A stretch of 64,000 bases of DNA from sequence record SRR9188677_178; one strand, 5' to 3'. Made by a program: the position numbers and the translations under genes. The notes under the pieces are model-generated. The model was not told the origin of the DNA, ran no database searches, and saw only the letters and a list, made by a program, of their open reading frames with translations. This document shows positions 44,018 through 54,771 of the stretch, piece after piece; positions within the stretch are counted from its first letter, which is position 1; the number at the start of each line of letters is the position of its first letter.

Positions 44018-44156
44018 TAGATGGCTGATTAATGATTTGAAAATGATCGACTTCAGCGCATCAATAGCCTGATTTCGTATGGCATCTAGCCAATTGCATC
44101 AGTTCACATCCCGCAGCTGCATTTTTCAGAATTGCGGTCATCCAAACCATAATCAA

Positions 44157-44456
44157 TTAGTCAGGAATCCCCTCATCCGGACTAGGCAAATCAAAATCAG
44201 GTTCAATAGGATTACCAGCATCCTCATCAAGATCAGGATCCACTTCCTCCTCTGTTAAATCATCATCTTCAGCGTCCAGCGAAGGTGCATTAATCAGTTC
44301 GGGGTCTATTGTGTCGGGATCCGCAGGATCAGCTTCATAATCTGCAGAATTTTCTGCAGGCTCTTCCTCTGGAGTTTCTACAACATTGGTAGTAGATGGG
44401 TCCAGACTGCTTTTCAAGGAATTATTGGCGCTGCCTACTTCTGACTTCAGGTCCAT
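44157..44456 (-). CDS. Small very acidic hypothetical protein
   Basis: GGAG RBS; 99 aa rich in D, E and P. Confidence 0.65.
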   Translation of the reverse strand: MDLKSEVGSANNSLKSSLDPSTTNVVETPEEEPAENSADYEADPADPDTIDPELINAPSLDAEDDDLTEEEVDPDLDEDAGNPIEPDFDLPSPDEGIPD

Positions 44457-44646
44457 ACTAAATCTCCAGTTTAAATGCTAAGCGGAAAGATTTGAGTTTA
44501 GTTTGGGATTCTAAGTGTGGTAAGTCAGATAGCACTGATTGTTCTGTAGGCAAGCTGTTACCGAATTTGCCAACCGTCATCTTCTAAAACAAAAAACCCA
44601 AGGTATTGACCTTGAGTCTAGCCAGCTTATTAAAATTTAGCCCAGA

Positions 44647-44988
44647 TTATCTTGCCATCACCGATTGGATTAAGGTTTTATTTTCTGGCGTTACTTCAAG
44701 AAACTCCAGGTTTGTTCTAAAACCTTTCATGCCACTGAGGGATGAGAAAACAACCCGGCAATTAAATTTGAAATGTCGAAGGGATGACCCGACAAATACA
44801 GGCACATTCACTTTGCACAATTGTCCAGCCTTATATTGCCTGTCAGCAAAAAGACTCATGCCCGTATGAGAAATATCGTGGGTGAATACTGTATATTCAC
44901 CGCCCAACCCATCTACAAGTTGAGACTTCTTTTGCCAAGAACGACGGTTTGATTCTACGGAGATGCTGCGCAAACTACTGGGGGACAT
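44647..44988 (-). CDS. PilZ-domain protein
   Basis: HDISHTG (DxSxxG) motif and a C-terminal LEF strand; the RxxxR motif looks imperfect. Confidence 0.7.
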   Translation of the reverse strand: MSPSSLRSISVESNRRSWQKKSQLVDGLGGEYTVFTHDISHTGMSLFADRQYKAGQLCKVNVPVFVGSSLRHFKFNCRVVFSSLSGMKGFRTNLEFLEVTPENKTLIQSVMAR

Positions 44989-45207
44989 GGATTTCTGTTA
45001 CTTTCTCTACTACCTTACATTATATGCCGGATAAGCTCTGATCTGAATAAATAAGTGCCCTGTTTGCAGGGGTTTACAGTTGCAGCCTTTCATTCAGGAT
45101 TATTCTGTACTGCTCCATTACTTTGAAGAATCTAAGTCACTCATAGACATCATAGTGGTGTGTCATTTTACAAATGCCTGATAGAGGAAAGAAGCGCCAA
45201 AGAATAC

Positions 45208-45828
45208 TCAGGCATTTTCAAGTTGGTTTGCGAACCCGTGATTAACATCCCTGTGTTTGGCTTCGTCTTCTCTTACCACGACCACCACATCGCGCAAGCG
45301 GGCTTCTTTTGGCAGATCCCAATATTCAATAGCAATACCCGGCGCGGGTACGTTTTCACATTTTCCAGCGTCTATTTCTGCAAGGTACTCACCATAGCTG
45401 TAGATAGCCTCCTCTTCCAAATAACCCACAATCCGATGAGCTACTTTTGAAGAGAATATATACAAGATGAAATATAAATTATAAAAAACGCCTTGAGCGA
45501 TGATAACCAGCAACCGTTCGAATAAACTGGGCTTTGCAATTTGCACAAAGGTGAGCAGATGCATACGTTCATTCTCGGCTTCATCCAACAGGATATTGAT
45601 CCAGCCATCATCATTTTCCATCCGCCTTAACGAACGCAAATGTTGTAAAGCACCACCCACCATGCCTGGTACAGCAGCAATCGTTTCAAGTACAACGGCA
45701 CGATGCCCGTAGCGGCCTGAAAAAAATGCATCCGCAAAAACCCGCATGAATTTGACTATAGCCAAGGCAATGCGGTCGGAAACACTATTTGGTTCGTGAT
45801 ATGGCGCGGCAGTTTTATTTTTAATCAT
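45208..45828 (-). CDS. aox: Alternative oxidase (start could be 45885)
   Basis: [28 protein letters not shown] and REDEAKH di-iron motifs. Confidence 0.93.
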   Translation of the reverse strand: MIKNKTAAPYHEPNSVSDRIALAIVKFMRVFADAFFSGRYGHRAVVLETIAAVPGMVGGALQHLRSLRRMENDDGWINILLDEAENERMHLLTFVQIAKPSLFERLLVIIAQGVFYNLYFILYIFSSKVAHRIVGYLEEEAIYSYGEYLAEIDAGKCENVPAPGIAIEYWDLPKEARLRDVVVVVREDEAKHRDVNHGFANQLENA

Positions 45829-46094
45829 GTTGTACGTATATTTTTTAAGAAAGTCGGCATCGGCTTTTTGACAATAATCTGACATTCAGGTGCCATGGCA
45901 AGATTCTCAAAAAAATCGAATAAGAAATTTTGCCAGCTTTGACCATGCACAATTCGCACAGGAAAAGCATTGAGGTCATTTCTGGCCTTAAGTGCCTTAT
46001 AGGCTCTTTATACGGTCTTGCAAAAATACTGAAAGACCGTTACAACAGCTCTAATCAACCGCAGCCCCCGTTGATGCTATCAAATGCGGTTTTC

Positions 46095-47192
46095 TCATAC
46101 CTCTTCCAAAGCGTTTATTTCTGCCATTGGGCAACCGTTAAATTGCTTGCGGAAATTGCTGGAGCTTTGATAAACGTGGCGGCGTGCACGCATGACGGAC
46201 CCCAACGGACGATGATCCTGAACTCCATTCCATGGACTGAAAGTCAGCCTGTCCTCAATTTGTGGAAAGGTGGCATCATCCCAGGACACCTGCGGGGTTG
46301 CCTCTAAGGTGGCGACAGCAATGTACGGACTTTCCACTTCAGGCCACACCACTGAAGCATCTTCAATCGGCATAGTTTCGATGTTTGTACATAATTGCGC
46401 ACGCAGCTCCCATTTCGCTGTATGCGTTTTGAAGAACGCTGAAACCGCTTCCCTGATCCCATTTTCCTTATCAGCTTCCAATGGTGCATCTTTCAAGGCG
46501 GTCAATTCAGGTGCAATGGGCACTAAAGAAAACTTCGCCATGTATTTCCCATATAGCAAAGGCACTTGCGTGAAGAAAGTCTCACCTAGAATGTTGGTTT
46601 GCGGATGGCCTCCCAGACTTTTAATGGTCGGGCTTTCGCCACCTAATCTTTCTATCAATCTTTCCGTGCCACGCAAGACTGCGGAAAACACTCTTTTTAA
46701 ACCCTCTGCCTTATCTGTAGTTTTCGCAAGCAATTTCAGGCCAGGCACAAAACTTTTGGCATCGGCTTTTAAAAAGGCCGGGCCATTTACCATCAGGAAA
46801 TCCTGTGTTCTGCTTGTGGGCTCTCCGGTTAAGCGTTCACCTTCAACACCCATGAGTTTGATCGCAATACCTCGCGGAGTGGAAACACTGTCGTGCATGA
46901 TATCGCCAGGGCTGGTGGAGAAACGCATAATCGCCGGATATATGCCTTCAGAAGCAAAAATGCCCTGTTTTAAAAAGTCCGGCAGATCGTTTTTAATGGT
47001 TAACTTACCGCGAATCAAACCATGTGGCTTCGCATGAACGCTACGTACCGCGCGGCCATAATCCTTAGACGTAATGTCGGAAATTTCCTGGAGGGTTTCT
47101 ACCAACTCCTGGATAGTGTCGCCTTCATCATCCTGAATCTTTTCATAATCAGGTCTATAAATGAGGGGGTTTAAGCTGATAGTGGCGTTCAT
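46095..47192 (-). CDS. Catalase-related heme protein
   Basis: RSVHAKPHG (distal His), RFS, DFLMVN, FSPW and RARRHVY (proximal Tyr). Confidence 0.85.
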   Translation of the reverse strand: MNATISLNPLIYRPDYEKIQDDEGDTIQELVETLQEISDITSKDYGRAVRSVHAKPHGLIRGKLTIKNDLPDFLKQGIFASEGIYPAIMRFSTSPGDIMHDSVSTPRGIAIKLMGVEGERLTGEPTSRTQDFLMVNGPAFLKADAKSFVPGLKLLAKTTDKAEGLKRVFSAVLRGTERLIERLGGESPTIKSLGGHPQTNILGETFFTQVPLLYGKYMAKFSLVPIAPELTALKDAPLEADKENGIREAVSAFFKTHTAKWELRAQLCTNIETMPIEDASVVWPEVESPYIAVATLEATPQVSWDDATFPQIEDRLTFSPWNGVQDHRPLGSVMRARRHVYQSSSNFRKQFNGCPMAEINALEEV

Positions 47193-47262
47193 AAAGTTCC
47201 ATGATCATAATTGGGGGCTGCAAGTAATAAAAAAGAGATTGCTGCATGCAATCTCTTTTTTA

Positions 47263-47547
47263 TTACTTGGTAGACGCTCCTGGTGCTGGTTCTGAATCGG
47301 TAGGCTGTAGTGGATTCTCTTCAGCGCCATTGGCTTTGGGATGATTGTGATTGGCTTTTTTCTGCGTATGGTTACGCTTTTTGTTATGTTTGGTAGTCGT
47401 CGATTTATTACTATTTTTGCTTTGATCCTGTGCTTGTGGGGTTTCCTGGGTACCCAGTTCGGCCCCATCTGTCTGGTTATCAGTATCAGCAGCATTAGTT
47501 GTCATTGCAAATGCCGAGAATAATAATGCGATCAAAAGTTTGTTCAT
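47263..47547 (-). CDS. Small exported low-complexity protein
   Basis: Signal peptide MNKLLIALLFSAFAMTTNA; polar tail rich in K and H. Confidence 0.65.
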   Translation of the reverse strand: MNKLLIALLFSAFAMTTNAADTDNQTDGAELGTQETPQAQDQSKNSNKSTTTKHNKKRNHTQKKANHNHPKANGAEENPLQPTDSEPAPGASTK

Positions 47548-47710
47548 ATCTCTGTCCCTATAAAATTGAAATCATTACTGGATTTAACTCTTTTCTAGAC
47601 TGCTAGCCATTAAATGACGTATCTGGTCTCAGGCCTATCCGTAGTGCTCTCATTTACATGTAGGACGTGACTGACTATGAATGAATTCCAGAGTCGCTTT
47701 TGGGATTGAA

Positions 47711-47947
47711 TTATTGTTGTGAGTCAGGCTTAACCGTCGGTTGAGCAAAATTTTGCGGCTCCCTGTCATTAATTGGGAGCGGATTGGCGGCTTCAGAGTT
47801 TGTGATGGATTTTACTGTTTCACTCAGAGGTTCAGCAGCAGGAGGTGTATCGGATTCATTCCAACTGATAAACACTAAACCAACAGCTATCGCGCCGGCC
47901 AAATAAAAAATTACCGTTGCAATAAGATTAAAGGTTTTATTCGTCAT
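47711..47947 (-). CDS. Small single-TM hypothetical protein
   Basis: GGAG RBS; one TM segment followed by a disordered tail. Confidence 0.55.
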   Translation of the reverse strand: MTNKTFNLIATVIFYLAGAIAVGLVFISWNESDTPPAAEPLSETVKSITNSEAANPLPINDREPQNFAQPTVKPDSQQ

Positions 47948-47991
47948 CTATGTACTCCACATTGAGGAAGTGCGGAAGCTATATCAACAGC

Positions 47992-48231
47992 TTAAATCCC
48001 GGCATCCGGATTGCTGATATCGTTAGGAAACTTCTTGTTTCGGTCATCAATATTCTGCTTATTCAAACTTCTATCCTGATTACCTGCGTTTGCCTCATCT
48101 TTCTCATATCCACGTGAGTCATCAGCCGGATCTGTATTGGCTGGATCAATCGAATTCGGGTTTGAAGGGTCGAGACGGCTTTCATCAATATGATTGACGC
48201 TGTGCGGGTTAGTGTCTTTGTTCAAGGCCAT
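47992..48231 (-). CDS. Small hydrophilic hypothetical protein
   Basis: GGAG RBS; rich in N, D and P. Confidence 0.6.
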   Translation of the reverse strand: MALNKDTNPHSVNHIDESRLDPSNPNSIDPANTDPADDSRGYEKDEANAGNQDRSLNKQNIDDRNKKFPNDISNPDAGI

Positions 48232-48369
48232 AGCAATCTCCAATTAGGTTTAGTTTTAACTCACTCAATAATGAACTCAAAGAAAACTTTGCTACATACC
48301 TTTAAAGCTGAAATTTCTGTAGGAAAACGCGTACTTAAATAAAGAATCTTGGAACTAAAGCATAAAGTA

Positions 48370-48388
48370 ATTGATAATTATTCTCATT
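48370..48388 (+). promoter_or_regulatory. Fur box
   Basis: ATTGATAATTATTCTCATT upstream of the siderophore receptor. Confidence 0.8.
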
Positions 48389-48436
48389 AAATACATTATA
48401 ATCTTGACCCCGTAGTATTAATATCAAGGTTAAGTA

Positions 48437-50638
48437 ATGCCGAATCAAAAAGTTTTCTCTATTCCACTGTATACATTCAAACGGACAACGTTAAGTTCTT
48501 TAATTGCAGCAATGTGCGCCGCTACAACTGTGTATGCAGCCGAAACAGCTGGAACAAGCAATGAATCAAAATCTGGAAAAACATCTTCTGAAGATCAAAC
48601 CCTAGAGACGGTAAAAGTAAAAGCATCGGCAGAAGTACGTGGCAAGCCTATGCCAGTGTATGCCGGTGGGCAAGTTGCATCGGGCGGCAGAGTTGGCTTA
48701 CTGGGTGACAAATCTATAATGGATACTCCCTATAGCGTCACAAATTACACCCGGGAACTGATTCAAAATCAACAAGCTACCACGGTAGCCGATGTGGTTG
48801 CTAACGATCCCTCGGTCAGGAATATCAATCCTCGCTTTGGTCGTTTTGATCAATTCACTATTCGTGGCTTTAACCTGGTAAATAGCGAAATTGCTTTCAA
48901 CGGTTTATATGGCCTGGTGCCGACTTATACAGTGCCAGTCGAATCTGCTGAACGGGTAGAAATTTTTAAAGGGCCGAATACATTGTTGAATGGGATGTCG
49001 CCAAGTGGCGCAGTTGGGGGCAGTATCAACATTGTGCCTAAGCGCGCTCTGGATAAAGACATCACTCAATTCACCGCAAGTTATCTCTCTCAATCAGTGT
49101 TAGGTGGGCATCTGGATGTGGGGAGACGCTTTGGCACTGATGCTCAATTCGGTGTAAGAGTGAATGCAGTGCACCAAGATGGGAAAACAGCTTTTTCAAA
49201 TGATCAGACCATTGAGAGAAGTTTAATCTCTGTAGGTCTTGATTTCCGGGGTGAAAATTTGCGGCTTTCAAGCGATATCAACCATTATGAGAGTCATGGA
49301 ACTGCCCCCTTAGAACGTGTAGCGTTAAGTACGAATGCCGTTGTGCCAAATGCTGATCGCATTGACCGCAATTTTGCTCAAAAATGGTCATATGTTGACA
49401 CCATTGATAGCTCTTTAATGTTTAGAGGCGAGTACGATATTGCGCCGCTCACAACGGTTTACGGCGCCTGGGGCGCGAGAAGAGGCCGTTATGATTTCCT
49501 TCGGGTATCTCCCATAAATGTTGATTCAGCTGGTAATTTTACTGCGCAAACCAATAGATTTCTGCGTGATGAAGACACCATTTCCAATGAGGCAGGATTA
49601 AGAACTGCTTTTTCAACCCGTTTTGTGGATCATTCAGTAAATTTCAATGCCAGCTTGTACAGGATTGACTTCGGCAACTCTGAAACCGGTTTAGGCAACA
49701 TAACCTCCAATATCTATGACCCGGTTAATCGACCGCAATCAAATACACCAGGGAGTTCAGAGCGCCCCACCGGGAAAACACAGCTTGAAAGTTTTGCTGT
49801 TACCGATACTTTATCCATACTGAATGAGCGTGTTCAGCTCACGCTCGGCGCCAGAAAGCAGCGTGTGATCGGTATAAGCACACCGGCTAACGGCGTGAGA
49901 ACTGAATATGATGAAGATGCTTTAACACCAACTGCCGCAATTGTAATTAAACCTCTTGAAGGGGTTTCAGTGTTCGGCAACTATATTGAAGCTCTTACTC
50001 AAACGCCAATTGGCCCGAATGTTGGGGTATCTAACCCTGGAGCGATGTTGCCTCCTGGCAAGTCCAAACAAATAGAAGCTGGCGTCAAAGTGGATATTGG
50101 CAAATTCACTACCACCCTGAGTGTTTTTAGGATTGAGCGGCCAAATACCTTCGTTGATCTAACTACGAATATATTTGGCTTGAATGGCGAGCAACAGAAT
50201 ACGGGATTGGAACTCAACGTTTTCGGTGAACCAGCGACCGGGGTTAGGCTATTAGGTGGCTTTATGCTTTTGGATGCCGAGCTCGCCAAAACCAGAGGTG
50301 GCATCAATGAAGGTAATACAGCAATTGGCGTTGCAAAAGTAAATGTGAATGTTGGTACCGAGTGGGATATCAGCTATGTGCCAGGTTTAACGTTAACTGC
50401 CCGAGCTATTCACACAGGTGAGCAATATGTGAATGAAGCCAATACATTAGAGATACCTGACTGGACTCGTTTAGACATTGGTAGTCGTTACGTATTCAAA
50501 ACCCATGGCAAAACAGTAACCTTAAGAGCAAGTGTCGAAAATGTCACCGATAAAAGATACTGGAGCACAGCGTCTCAATTTGGCTTAACTTTCGGTACGC
50601 CGAGAACAGCATTGTTATCAGCCACTTTAGATTTTTAG
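48437..50638 (+). CDS. TonB-dependent siderophore receptor
   Basis: Signal peptide, ETVKV TonB box, DTPYSV, IRGF and RVEIFKGP motifs, C-terminal Phe, upstream Fur box. Confidence 0.92.
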   Translation: MPNQKVFSIPLYTFKRTTLSSLIAAMCAATTVYAAETAGTSNESKSGKTSSEDQTLETVKVKASAEVRGKPMPVYAGGQVASGGRVGLLGDKSIMDTPYSVTNYTRELIQNQQATTVADVVANDPSVRNINPRFGRFDQFTIRGFNLVNSEIAFNGLYGLVPTYTVPVESAERVEIFKGPNTLLNGMSPSGAVGGSINIVPKRALDKDITQFTASYLSQSVLGGHLDVGRRFGTDAQFGVRVNAVHQDGKTAFSNDQTIERSLISVGLDFRGENLRLSSDINHYESHGTAPLERVALSTNAVVPNADRIDRNFAQKWSYVDTIDSSLMFRGEYDIAPLTTVYGAWGARRGRYDFLRVSPINVDSAGNFTAQTNRFLRDEDTISNEAGLRTAFSTRFVDHSVNFNASLYRIDFGNSETGLGNITSNIYDPVNRPQSNTPGSSERPTGKTQLESFAVTDTLSILNERVQLTLGARKQRVIGISTPANGVRTEYDEDALTPTAAIVIKPLEGVSVFGNYIEALTQTPIGPNVGVSNPGAMLPPGKSKQIEAGVKVDIGKFTTTLSVFRIERPNTFVDLTTNIFGLNGEQQNTGLELNVFGEPATGVRLLGGFMLLDAELAKTRGGINEGNTAIGVAKVNVNVGTEWDISYVPGLTLTARAIHTGEQYVNEANTLEIPDWTRLDIGSRYVFKTHGKTVTLRASVENVTDKRYWSTASQFGLTFGTPRTALLSATLDF

Positions 50639-50679
50639 TACGCATGGTTTAAGAGAGTGTAATAAAAACTATCGCTTCA

Positions 50680-50719
50680 AAAGTTAAAGTCCATTTAGAA
50701 TAAATGGACTTTTTAACTT
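50680..50719. terminator. Hairpin after the TonB receptor
   Basis: AAGTTAAAGTCCATTTA...TAAATGGACTTTTTAACTT. Confidence 0.55.
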
Positions 50720-50883
50720 CGTACTCTTGATAAGAAGACTTGCTTTTGTAGAGTCTTAAAATCGGACGCGCCGAAAGAAAGCGGCTTACATACTGCAAGC
50801 CGCTTCTTTATTTGATAGGTATGAGCAAATCAAACCTATGACAAACGCATCATAGGTTTAGTGTTCTCCGCATAAAACACAAC

Positions 50884-52044
50884 TCAATGACCTTGGCCAC
50901 TCTTAAGAATATCGGTGTTAAAACCAAACACCTTACCCGCCAAAATAAACACCACCCATACCAGCACACCAAAGGGTAAATAACCTGCAAAACCCAGTAG
51001 TGGCATTTCAGCATGAATATGAATCACATTGACATAGGGGATATCGTAAAGCCAGTAATTCGGGTTGGTGACAGGTAATGCTGGATGCGCACTGCCGTAG
51101 TTCCAAACCTCCCAAAAAAACCCATTAAACAAGGAGCTGAGTGCCATCAGAAGCACCGGGCTCCAATTTCCTTTAGCCATGTCCGTGAACGGGGTCCAGA
51201 TACCGCAGATCATCAATATGCCAGCAATACCTATCAAAGGCGCGATCCACATTGCCCAGAATAATGGGTAAGGCCAGAATGGCACGGCAGCAAATAATAA
51301 AAAACTCAGATACAACATCGGCTTTGCTGGCAGTGCAAGCGCGGGGCCCTGGGCATAGCGCCCGGCAATTTTAGGAAAAGCATTCAACAAGGTATACCAC
51401 TCAAAAACGGCAGGCCAAACGGTGCTGTAGGCAAAAATAAATATCCACACAATTGTGGCATGGCTTAACCCGGGGATCTCGGTATTTGGGTAATACCAGT
51501 TACCTAAGGCAAAGTAATCGAAATATTCAAAGAAATACCAGCCACCAATCGATACAACCGCACTAATCAGAAATGTTTTGGGGCGACTAGCGAACAGAGA
51601 ATAACCACCAGAATAACGGAATGTCAGGCCATCAAGTACAAAGATAAAGCCCCACCACATTGGCGTAAACGCGTAATACACCAAATCACCAAATGGTGTC
51701 GTTCGCGTCCACATCAACCACCAGAAAAACAGTGTGACAACCGCACCCACCCAAAACCACCAGGGCAAGGCACGCAGTGCAGGCCGCGGGGATGGGGCGA
51801 CCGGCTTAAAACCAAACCATTGCGGAAAAATCAAAAAAAAAGCAAATGCTGCTTCAAGCAGGGCAACCCCAATAAAAACAATCAGATTAAACCCCGGAGG
51901 TTCTTCAACAAACTGTGGCGGAAAAACACCAAAACCGGGTGGTAGATGCGTGGATGGATAAGCAAACCAGGATGCCGCTAACGGGATCAATAACATCGCT
52001 AAAACGGTCATCACCAGCACAGAACGTGTTGAAGTTGCAAACAT
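50884..52044 (-). CDS. Integral membrane protein of unknown function
   Basis: Many aromatic-rich TM segments; FEYFDY..NWYYP and WEVWNY..YWLY motifs; EMPLLGFAGYLPF. Confidence 0.75.
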   Translation of the reverse strand: MFATSTRSVLVMTVLAMLLIPLAASWFAYPSTHLPPGFGVFPPQFVEEPPGFNLIVFIGVALLEAAFAFFLIFPQWFGFKPVAPSPRPALRALPWWFWVGAVVTLFFWWLMWTRTTPFGDLVYYAFTPMWWGFIFVLDGLTFRYSGGYSLFASRPKTFLISAVVSIGGWYFFEYFDYFALGNWYYPNTEIPGLSHATIVWIFIFAYSTVWPAVFEWYTLLNAFPKIAGRYAQGPALALPAKPMLYLSFLLFAAVPFWPYPLFWAMWIAPLIGIAGILMICGIWTPFTDMAKGNWSPVLLMALSSLFNGFFWEVWNYGSAHPALPVTNPNYWLYDIPYVNVIHIHAEMPLLGFAGYLPFGVLVWVVFILAGKVFGFNTDILKSGQGH

Positions 52045-52150
52045 AAACAATCCTCCCCTTGATTTACAAACGATTTATTACTCAACGATGAGCTTTTATT
52101 AATATTGGAATAATTAATTTGCAGCAATCATTAATATACCCTGAAAAATA

Positions 52151-52185
52151 AAAGAGACCCAAGGTGTTCCACCTTGGGTCTCTTT
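52151..52185 (-). terminator. Intrinsic terminator
   Basis: 16-bp perfect stem AAAGAGACCCAAGGTG/CACCTTGGGTCTCTTT with a T-rich tail on the minus strand. Confidence 0.8.
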
Positions 52186-52190
52186 ATAAA

Positions 52191-52230
52191 TGTAGCCGCT
52201 CTGTGAGTCGAACACAGCACCTGATAGCTT
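52191..52230 (-). repeat. tRNA 3'-end-like fragment (att-like relic), copy A
   Basis: Minus strand GGTG-CTGTG-TTCGACT-CACAG-AGCGGCTACA forms a T-arm; 19 bp identical to 62196-62214. Confidence 0.6.
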
Positions 52231-52251
52231 GAACCCTCTGCCTCTGTTTAT

Positions 52252-54378
52252 TCAAACCAGCTCGACCTCAACCAGGTTATCGCTAAACGTATTTGAATGA
52301 CCCATATCGCCATACTCAGCGGAGCTGATACAGTTCACAGTACCATTGTTGAGTTGGCGCCAATAGCCTAATGTTGCTACGACTATTCCAGGATTTACAT
52401 CTGTAGTGACGCGTGCCAGACCCTCAAAAGCACCTCTGTCATTAAATACCTTTACCACCATTCCATCCTGAACGTCTCTTGCTAATGCATCGACCGGGTT
52501 GATCATCAGGTATTGCTCTCCCTGCAAGCGGATTTTGGATTCCATATTCGCATATGAGGAATTGATGAAGCCATGGCTTTTAGGAGAAATGATGTTCAAA
52601 GGGAACCTGGCTGCCAGCACAGCATTGGTATCAGCTGATTCTCGACTTGCAACATATGCAGGTAATGGATCCAGATCTTCCCCGGGTTGAAAACCCTCGT
52701 ACATCTGCCTGAAAGGCCCGGCAACGAAATTCTTCGCGCCTTCGACCATGAACATGCATTTACCAGTTGGGGTAGGGAAATTGCCCTGACGATGAGGTGC
52801 ACGGTCGTCTTTGGTACCCACATTCAATCTGGCAAACCCATGCTCACGCATATAGTTGAGATCAATCCCCTTGCAAGCGGGTGAACTCCAGTCGACATAA
52901 TTCTGCAGGCACTCGCCATCAGTCCATTTGAAATTGTCTTCTTCGAATCCCAACCGTTTGGCTAAGCGGCGGAATATCTCATTATTTGGTAATGCCTCTC
53001 CGGGAGGCTCGATACATTTGGTGTTATAGGTGAGATACAAATGGCCCCAGGATAAAATCATGTCTTCCTGCTCCGCCCCCATGGCTGCCGGCAAGATGAT
53101 ATCTGCATAAGAAGCCGTATCGGAAATGAAGTGATCGGCCACGATGGTGAACAGGTCTTCCCGCTTCAAGCCTTCGATTACCTTGTCGGTTTCAGGAGAC
53201 TGTGTGACAGGATTGGTATTCCACACCATGATGGATTTAATGGGCGTTTCCAGAGGCGTTTCGCCAAGCAGGGCTCTGCCTAATTGCAAGATATTCACGA
53301 CAGGCGTACCTTCGGGAATGAGATCCGGCCTGCAAATCACATCAAATTTGTAGGGATGCTCCCAGACCGGGAATTGTAGCGCCCCTCCTCCCACATGACG
53401 CCAGGCACCGATAAGTGCAGGCAGACAGGTGACTGCCCGTATCGCCTGGCTTCCACCATAATTCCGTTCCAAAGCCACGCCTATGCGGATGGCTGCCGGG
53501 GGAGTTGAAGCATATTCACGCGCGAACAACCGAATCTCGTCTGCTGGTATACCGGTTATTTCGGCAGCCCATTCCGGAGTACAGGTTTTCGCCCTTTCCG
53601 CCAGCTCCGCATACCCGACCGTATATCTTTCGACATAATCATGATCGACCAGATTTTCTTCAATGATTACGTTCATCATCGCCATCGCCAAAGCGCCATC
53701 GGTGCCCGGCTTGGGTGCAATATGCCAATCCGCTTCTTTCGCCGTTTTGGAAGCGAAAGAATCCACCACCACGATCTTCGCGCCTCTTTTTTGCGCCTCT
53801 TTAATGATGTGCCAGTGATGTAGATTGGTGGAGACAGAGTTACATGCCCAGATCACAATGAAATTTGCATGTATGAAACTTTCGGGGTCTACCCCGGCGG
53901 TAGGCCCAACAGTCAGTAACCAGGCAGTACAGGAGCCTTCACCACAAAAGGTCCTTTCGCATACGGTAGCGCCCAATCGGTTAAAAAAGGCATCCCCGCC
54001 GTTTAGTCCATGTACTAGTCCCTGATTTCCCAAATAACTGACTGGCAGTATAGAGCGGGGACCATCTTCTTGAATAAGCGTTTGCCATCGATCAACAATA
54101 GTATCCAGCGCTTCATCCCAAGTGATTTGCTGAAATTGTTTGCTTCCTTTTGGCCCTACCCGCTTCATCGGGTATAGAAGACGGTTTGGATGATAATGCC
54201 GCTTTTCGTAATCCTTTAATTTTACGCACAAGCCGCCCCGCGTCATTGGATGATTAGGATTACCTGAAACCGACACCAGCTCCCCGTTCTTGACATGGAA
54301 TTGCATGGAACAGGTATCGGGACAATCATGAGGACACCCACCATGAAAGGTTTCAATTACATCTGCAACATCATTCAT
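52252..54378 (-). CDS. Molybdopterin-dependent oxidoreductase
   Basis: CPHDCPDTC...LCVK Fe-S motif, ITWDEAL, PGTDGALA and ADIILPAA; C-terminal dinucleotide-binding domain; no Tat signal seen. Confidence 0.9.
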   Translation of the reverse strand: MNDVADVIETFHGGCPHDCPDTCSMQFHVKNGELVSVSGNPNHPMTRGGLCVKLKDYEKRHYHPNRLLYPMKRVGPKGSKQFQQITWDEALDTIVDRWQTLIQEDGPRSILPVSYLGNQGLVHGLNGGDAFFNRLGATVCERTFCGEGSCTAWLLTVGPTAGVDPESFIHANFIVIWACNSVSTNLHHWHIIKEAQKRGAKIVVVDSFASKTAKEADWHIAPKPGTDGALAMAMMNVIIEENLVDHDYVERYTVGYAELAERAKTCTPEWAAEITGIPADEIRLFAREYASTPPAAIRIGVALERNYGGSQAIRAVTCLPALIGAWRHVGGGALQFPVWEHPYKFDVICRPDLIPEGTPVVNILQLGRALLGETPLETPIKSIMVWNTNPVTQSPETDKVIEGLKREDLFTIVADHFISDTASYADIILPAAMGAEQEDMILSWGHLYLTYNTKCIEPPGEALPNNEIFRRLAKRLGFEEDNFKWTDGECLQNYVDWSSPACKGIDLNYMREHGFARLNVGTKDDRAPHRQGNFPTPTGKCMFMVEGAKNFVAGPFRQMYEGFQPGEDLDPLPAYVASRESADTNAVLAARFPLNIISPKSHGFINSSYANMESKIRLQGEQYLMINPVDALARDVQDGMVVKVFNDRGAFEGLARVTTDVNPGIVVATLGYWRQLNNGTVNCISSAEYGDMGHSNTFSDNLVEVELV

Positions 54379-54596
54379 CTTCCACTCCTTGAAAAGCAAT
54401 CAATTGATAACAGCTAAAACAAGCAGACTAAAAACAATAAGCCAGGCAATCTATTAAACATACTAACTTGTACGGGCTTAAAAACAAAGACTCAAGGCAT
54501 TAAGCTTGAATCCTTATATTAGTATTGCTTTTCTGTAAAATGCGAGCATGCGCTCTCCTGAACTAGAGGTATGCAAAATTGATCTTCATGAATAAT

Positions 54597-54691
54597 CCAA
54601 GCCAACATAATGGCCAACGATTGTCACCGAGATTACCGTCGTATCATCCAATTCCTGATTTTCTGGCTATGTTTAAAGACGTGAGACTATG
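54597..54691 (+). repeat. Degenerate direct repeat / decayed ORF fragment, copy 1
   Basis: Blocks of 24/26 and 16/18 identity with 55262-55352. Confidence 0.6.
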
Positions 54692-54771
54692 GGTAAGGTT
54701 TGAGGCTGCGGGCCTGAAGCTGAGTGATGTATTGGATAGTTGTGATCTTTAAATATTAGTCTCCTAATGTT

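Noticed and set aside
46270-47037. 255-aa plus-strand ORF
   Set aside because: Antisense to the catalase-related gene.
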